DNA of 61,031 nucleotides, filler included, from Circinaria calcarea (lineage: Eukaryota), in the NCBI GenBank assembly GCA_051942165.1. It is 8 parts of 8 records of this genome, joined end to end, with 100 filler letters (N's around TTAATTAATTAA, not from the genome) between each part and the next. Parts side by side here need not be neighbours in the genome. Positions count along the whole stretch, not along the records: positions 53,504 to 61,031 come from JAVECS010001305.1; 7 more parts are not named here. One strand, 5' to 3'. A model generated the notes under the pieces. The model searched no databases, had not been told where the DNA came from, and was given only the letters and a program-made list of their open reading frames with translations. Of the stretch, positions 60,390-61,031 are shown one piece after another. The position numbers and the translations under genes were made by a program. Each line of letters begins with the position of its first letter. Position 1 is the stretch's first letter.

Positions 60390-61031
60390 AGGGGGAAAAG
60401 TAATAGTGGCAGAGAAATGATTGCGATGATGGTTCCCGCGGGGCTCACTTTTTCTGGCTCTCTCCTTCTCTAGCGCCCACCTGACTTGGCCTCATTCAAC
60501 GGTACCAACGACCGTTCTGTGCACCCGTCGTCTCTGTTCCCCCCCCCTAACCCTGACTCGACTCCTCCCCTACCCATTACATACGCCTCTCTTATCCATG
60601 TCCCTGAAAGAGAAGAATAAGATTGCTATTCCTGACTCCCGTTTCGATATCAAAGCCACCCGCCTGGTATTGAGCGGGCTATCGGAGAAGAAGCTGGCGG
60701 ATGCGCCGCCGGGAAGACGAGGCTAAGCATTGGAGCCATCTGGGGTTTATCTCGTCTCCTTTCCCTAGTCTCTCTGTCGCTGTTCGTCTTTCTCCCTCCT
60801 CCCCTCCACCAACCGGCACCGACTCCAGTAGTGGACTTTGCGGCCTACCCTTACAAAGTGCCAATCTTTCCTCTCCCATTCCTACTCCCTCCCCCGGCCA
60901 AGTCTGGCGCGCCGTCCCGCATCCTGCACCTGCACTTTGGTGTAAAAAAAGGGTCCCGTTCTTCCGCCGCGCATCACGCTGCTTTCGCTTTGCGATCATC
61001 TACATTTAGCACGACTGTACATTAGTCGCCG

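Overview
Eukaryotic DNA from a filamentous ascomycete (Pezizomycotina): genes carry short GT-AG introns with CTRAC-type branch points. The window is not one locus. It is eight contigs of 7559, 7554, 7554, 7542, 7536, 7529, 7529 and 7528 bp, in descending size order, joined by an artificial 100-bp linker (N44-TTAATTAATTAA-N44), so adjacency across linkers means nothing. Most genes are housekeeping: LAS1, FAB1 (cut), RPS19, a GHITM/BI-1 protein, a C2H2 transcription factor, a DUF2415 WD40 protein, mitochondrial Hsp70, GVP36, mitochondrial bL12, neurochondrin, HAT1 (cut), an MFS sugar porter (cut), a Chs7-family chaperone, SSL1 (cut) and a probable BRCT protein (cut). The most interesting items are: (i) a 165-bp multi-hairpin GGAGC-repeat element next to a P450 whose C-terminus appears to carry C-to-T nonsense changes; (ii) an intact PD-(D/E)XK nuclease-like gene lying where the 3' part of a decayed ATX2/ZIP9 gene should be; (iii) a type II membrane protein with all three alpha-2/alpha-6/O-fucosyltransferase motifs; and (iv) a sugar porter with a 195-codon in-frame upstream extension that has no AUG and is separated by one TGA from an in-frame AUG ORF. 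I found no multi-gene novel system that I can support. All calls come from reading the sequence and recalled family motifs; no searches were run.
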